64,000 nucleotides of DNA, taken from assembly GCF_003018255.1 (NCBI RefSeq), contig NZ_CP027440.1, one strand, 5' to 3'. This stretch comes from Escherichia coli (lineage in GTDB: Bacteria > Pseudomonadota > Gammaproteobacteria > Enterobacterales > Enterobacteriaceae). Under the pieces are notes generated by a model. That model had not been told where the DNA came from, made no database searches, and saw only the letters and a program-made list of their open reading frames with translations. Shown in pieces: positions 60,921 to 64,000 of the stretch (its first letter is position 1; each line of letters begins with the position of its first letter). Position numbers and translations under genes: made by a program.

Positions 60921-63464
60921 ATGAGCAAAGTCAGACTCGCAATTATCGGTAACGGTATGGTCGGCCATCGCTTTATCGAAGATCTTCTTGATAAATCTGA
61001 TGCGGCCAACTTTGATATTACCGTTTTCTGTGAAGAACCGCGCATCGCTTATGACCGCGTACACCTCTCGTCTTACTTCTCTCACCACACCGCCGAAGAG
61101 CTGTCGCTGGTGCGCGAAGGCTTCTACGAGAAACACGGCATCAAAGTTCTGGTCGGCGAACGCGCTATCACCATCAACCGTCAGGAGAAGGTGATTCACT
61201 CCAGCGCCGGGCGCACCGTTTTTTATGACAAGCTGATCATGGCGACCGGTTCCTACCCGTGGATCCCGCCAATCAAAGGTTCTGATACTCAGGACTGCTT
61301 TGTCTATCGCACCATTGAAGACCTCAACGCCATTGAATCCTGCGCCCGTCGCAGCAAACGCGGTGCCGTTGTTGGTGGCGGCCTGTTAGGTCTGGAAGCC
61401 GCTGGCGCGCTGAAAAACTTAGGTATTGAAACCCACGTTATCGAATTTGCCCCTATGCTGATGGCGGAACAGCTTGATCAGATGGGTGGCGAGCAGCTGC
61501 GTCGCAAAATCGAAAGTATGGGCGTGCGCGTTCACACCAGCAAAAACACCCTTGAGATTGTGCAGGAAGGTGTCGAAGCGCGTAAAACCATGCGTTTTGC
61601 CGACGGCAGCGAACTGGAAGTCGACTTTATCGTCTTCTCTACCGGTATCCGTCCGCGCGATAAGCTGGCAACCCAGTGTGGTCTGGACGTTGCTCCGCGT
61701 GGGGGTATCGTCATAAATGATTCCTGCCAGACTTCCGATCCGGATATCTACGCCATCGGTGAATGCGCAAGCTGGAACAACCGTGTATTTGGTCTGGTAG
61801 CACCAGGCTACAAAATGGCGCAGGTCGCCGTTGACCATATTCTTGGTAGCGAAAACGCCTTTGAAGGTGCAGACCTTAGCGCCAAGCTGAAACTGCTGGG
61901 CGTAGACGTAGGCGGTATTGGTGATGCGCACGGTCGCACGCCTGGCGCACGTAGCTACGTTTACCTCGACGAAAGCAAAGAGATCTACAAACGCCTGATT
62001 GTCAGCGAAGACAACAAAACCCTGCTCGGTGCGGTACTGGTGGGCGATACCAGCGACTACGGCAACCTGCTGCAACTGGTGCTGAACGCTATCGAACTGC
62101 CGGAAAACCCGGATTCTCTGATTCTGCCGGCGCACTCAGGTAGCGGTAAGCCGTCTATCGGTGTTGATAAACTGCCGGACAGCGCGCAAATCTGCTCCTG
62201 CTTCGACGTCACCAAAGGCGATCTGATTGCAGCTATCAACAAAGGCTGCCACACCGTTGCGGCGCTGAAAGCTGAAACCAAAGCGGGTACTGGCTGCGGT
62301 GGCTGTATCCCGCTGGTCACTCAGGTACTGAACGCGGAACTGGCGAAACAGGGCATCGAAGTTAACAACAACCTGTGCGAACACTTTGCTTATTCGCGTC
62401 AGGAACTGTTCCATTTGATCCGCGTTGAAGGCATTAAAACCTTCGAAGAACTGCTGGCGAAACACGGCAAAGGCTACGGTTGTGAAGTTTGTAAACCGAC
62501 CGTCGGTTCGCTGCTGGCCTCCTGCTGGAACGAATACATTCTGAAGCCGGAACATACTCCGCTGCAGGATTCAAACGACAACTTCCTCGCTAACATCCAG
62601 AAAGACGGCACCTACTCGGTGATCCCGCGTTCTCCGGGCGGTGAAATCACCCCGGAAGGGCTGATGGCAGTAGGTCGTATCGCGCGTGAATTTAATCTCT
62701 ACACCAAAATCACCGGCTCTCAGCGCCTGGCGATGTTTGGCGCACAGAAAGACGATCTGCCGGAAATCTGGCGTCAGCTGATTGAAGCCGGCTTCGAAAC
62801 CGGTCATGCCTATGCGAAAGCACTGCGTATGGCGAAAACCTGCGTGGGTAGCACCTGGTGCCGCTACGGCGTTGGCGACAGCGTCGGCCTCGGCGTGGAA
62901 CTGGAAAACCGCTACAAAGGCATCCGTACGCCGCACAAAATGAAGTTCGGTGTCTCTGGCTGTACCCGTGAATGTTCAGAAGCTCAGGGTAAAGACGTGG
63001 GTATCATCGCCACCGAAAAAGGCTGGAACCTGTATGTTTGCGGTAACGGCGGCATGAAACCGCGTCATGCGAATCTGTTGGCAGCGGATATCGATCGCGA
63101 AACGCTGATCAAATATCTCGACCGCTTCATGATGTTCTACATCCGTACCGCCGACAAACTGACGCGTACCGCGCCGTGGTTAGAAAACCTCGAAGGTGGC
63201 ATCGATTACCTGAAAGCGGTGATCATTGACGACAAACTGGGGCTGAACGCACATCTGGAAGAAGAGATGGCGCGCCTGCGTGAAGCGGTAGTGTGTGAGT
63301 GGACTGAAACGGTCAATACCCCGTCTGCGCAGACTCGCTTCAAACACTTCATCAACAGCGATAAGCGTGACCCGAACGTGCAGATGGTGCCAGAGCGCGA
63401 ACAGCACCGTCCGGCAACGCCGTATGAACGTATCCCGGTAACTCTGGTGGAGGACAACGCATGA
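60921..63464 (+). CDS. nirB: NADH-dependent nitrite reductase large subunit
   Basis: ORF track 847 aa; N-terminal FAD/NAD Rossmann motifs, Cys clusters for Fe-S/siroheme. Confidence 0.98.
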   Translation: MSKVRLAIIGNGMVGHRFIEDLLDKSDAANFDITVFCEEPRIAYDRVHLSSYFSHHTAEELSLVREGFYEKHGIKVLVGERAITINRQEKVIHSSAGRTVFYDKLIMATGSYPWIPPIKGSDTQDCFVYRTIEDLNAIESCARRSKRGAVVGGGLLGLEAAGALKNLGIETHVIEFAPMLMAEQLDQMGGEQLRRKIESMGVRVHTSKNTLEIVQEGVEARKTMRFADGSELEVDFIVFSTGIRPRDKLATQCGLDVAPRGGIVINDSCQTSDPDIYAIGECASWNNRVFGLVAPGYKMAQVAVDHILGSENAFEGADLSAKLKLLGVDVGGIGDAHGRTPGARSYVYLDESKEIYKRLIVSEDNKTLLGAVLVGDTSDYGNLLQLVLNAIELPENPDSLILPAHSGSGKPSIGVDKLPDSAQICSCFDVTKGDLIAAINKGCHTVAALKAETKAGTGCGGCIPLVTQVLNAELAKQGIEVNNNLCEHFAYSRQELFHLIRVEGIKTFEELLAKHGKGYGCEVCKPTVGSLLASCWNEYILKPEHTPLQDSNDNFLANIQKDGTYSVIPRSPGGEITPEGLMAVGRIAREFNLYTKITGSQRLAMFGAQKDDLPEIWRQLIEAGFETGHAYAKALRMAKTCVGSTWCRYGVGDSVGLGVELENRYKGIRTPHKMKFGVSGCTRECSEAQGKDVGIIATEKGWNLYVCGNGGMKPRHANLLAADIDRETLIKYLDRFMMFYIRTADKLTRTAPWLENLEGGIDYLKAVIIDDKLGLNAHLEEEMARLREAVVCEWTETVNTPSAQTRFKHFINSDKRDPNVQMVPEREQHRPATPYERIPVTLVEDNA

Positions 63465-63787
63465 GCCAGTGGAAAGACATCTGCAAAATCGATGACATCC
63501 TGCCTGAAACCGGCGTCTGCGCGCTGTTAGGTGACGAACAAGTAGCAATTTTCCGCCCGTATCACAGCGATCAGGTGTTTGCGATCAGCAACATCGATCC
63601 GTTCTTCGAGTCCAGCGTGCTGTCACGCGGGCTGATTGCGGAACACCAGGGCGAGCTGTGGGTCGCCAGCCCGCTGAAAAAACAGCGTTTTCGCTTAAGT
63701 GATGGCTTGTGCATGGAAGACGAACAGTTTTCCGTCAAACATTACGAAGCACGAGTGAAAGACGGCGTGGTGCAGCTGCGCGGTTAA
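63461..63787 (+). CDS. nirD: Nitrite reductase small subunit
   Basis: ORF track 108 aa; 4-nt overlap with nirB. Confidence 0.96.
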   Translation: MSQWKDICKIDDILPETGVCALLGDEQVAIFRPYHSDQVFAISNIDPFFESSVLSRGLIAEHQGELWVASPLKKQRFRLSDGLCMEDEQFSVKHYEARVKDGVVQLRG

Positions 63788-63796
63788 TGTTTTAAC

Positions 63797-63821
63797 GGGA
63801 GGCGCAATGCCTCCCCTTTTT
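63797..63821 (+). terminator. Intra-operon terminator-like hairpin between nirD and nirC
   Basis: gggaggc-gcaat-gcctccc followed by ctttttg, 10 nt after nirD stop. Confidence 0.6.
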
Positions 63822-63912
63822 GCATGGTCCTGTAATGACCTTCGGTATATTGCAGGACATTTTTTAAACTTTTTGTTTTATTTTTTTGTTTTTATTTTTT
63901 AAAGGATAATCA

Positions 63913-64000
63913 AATGTTTACAGACACTATTAATAAGTGTGCGGCTAACGCTGCGCGCATTGCACGCCTGTCGGCAAATAACCCGCTCGGCTTTTGGGTC
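63913..64000 (+). CDS. nirC: Nitrite transporter NirC, 5' end only (continues past window end)
   Basis: ATG at 63913 opens MFTDTINKCAANAARIARLSANNPLGFWV... to the window edge; preceded by AAGGA SD. Confidence 0.8.

Overview
This 64-kb window reads as one contiguous, conserved Escherichia coli-type chromosomal segment, and I found no sequence evidence for an undescribed biological system in it. Gene order is dprA(5' end) / def-fmt-rsmB-trkA-mscL / arfA-zntR-yhdN / alpha, spc and S10 ribosomal-protein operons (all minus strand) / gspBA and gspC-O type II secretion genes / bfr-bfd / chiA / tufA-fusA-rpsG-rpsL (str operon) / tusBCD-yheO / fkpA-slyX-slyD-yheV-kefBG / yheSTU-prkB-yhfA / crp-yhfK / argD-pabA-fic-yhfG-ppiA / tsgA / nirBD-nirC(5' end). 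About 84 protein-coding genes are supported by the ORF track plus recognisable protein sequence; three of them (rpmJ, rpmD, yhfG) are shorter than the 60-aa track cut-off and were read by hand. I saw no rRNA, tRNA, CRISPR array, IS element, integrase or phage gene. Nearly every long ORF that is not a known gene lies antisense to a highly expressed gene and is best explained as a codon-bias artefact. The items most worth a second look are all refinements of known biology: (1) the 16.9-kb gsp/bfr/chiA accessory block lying between the S10 operon and tufA, with two very AT-rich control regions; (2) the arfA internal hairpin; (3) the rpsG stop-codon allele (156-aa S7 with a silent in-frame 23-codon extension); (4) the Fic/YhfG pair, with a degenerate FIC motif next to a small ORF carrying an SxxxEG inhibitory-type motif; (5) ~310-bp direct repeats inside chiA. 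All coordinates and motifs were read by eye from the sequence; no database search or computation was run.
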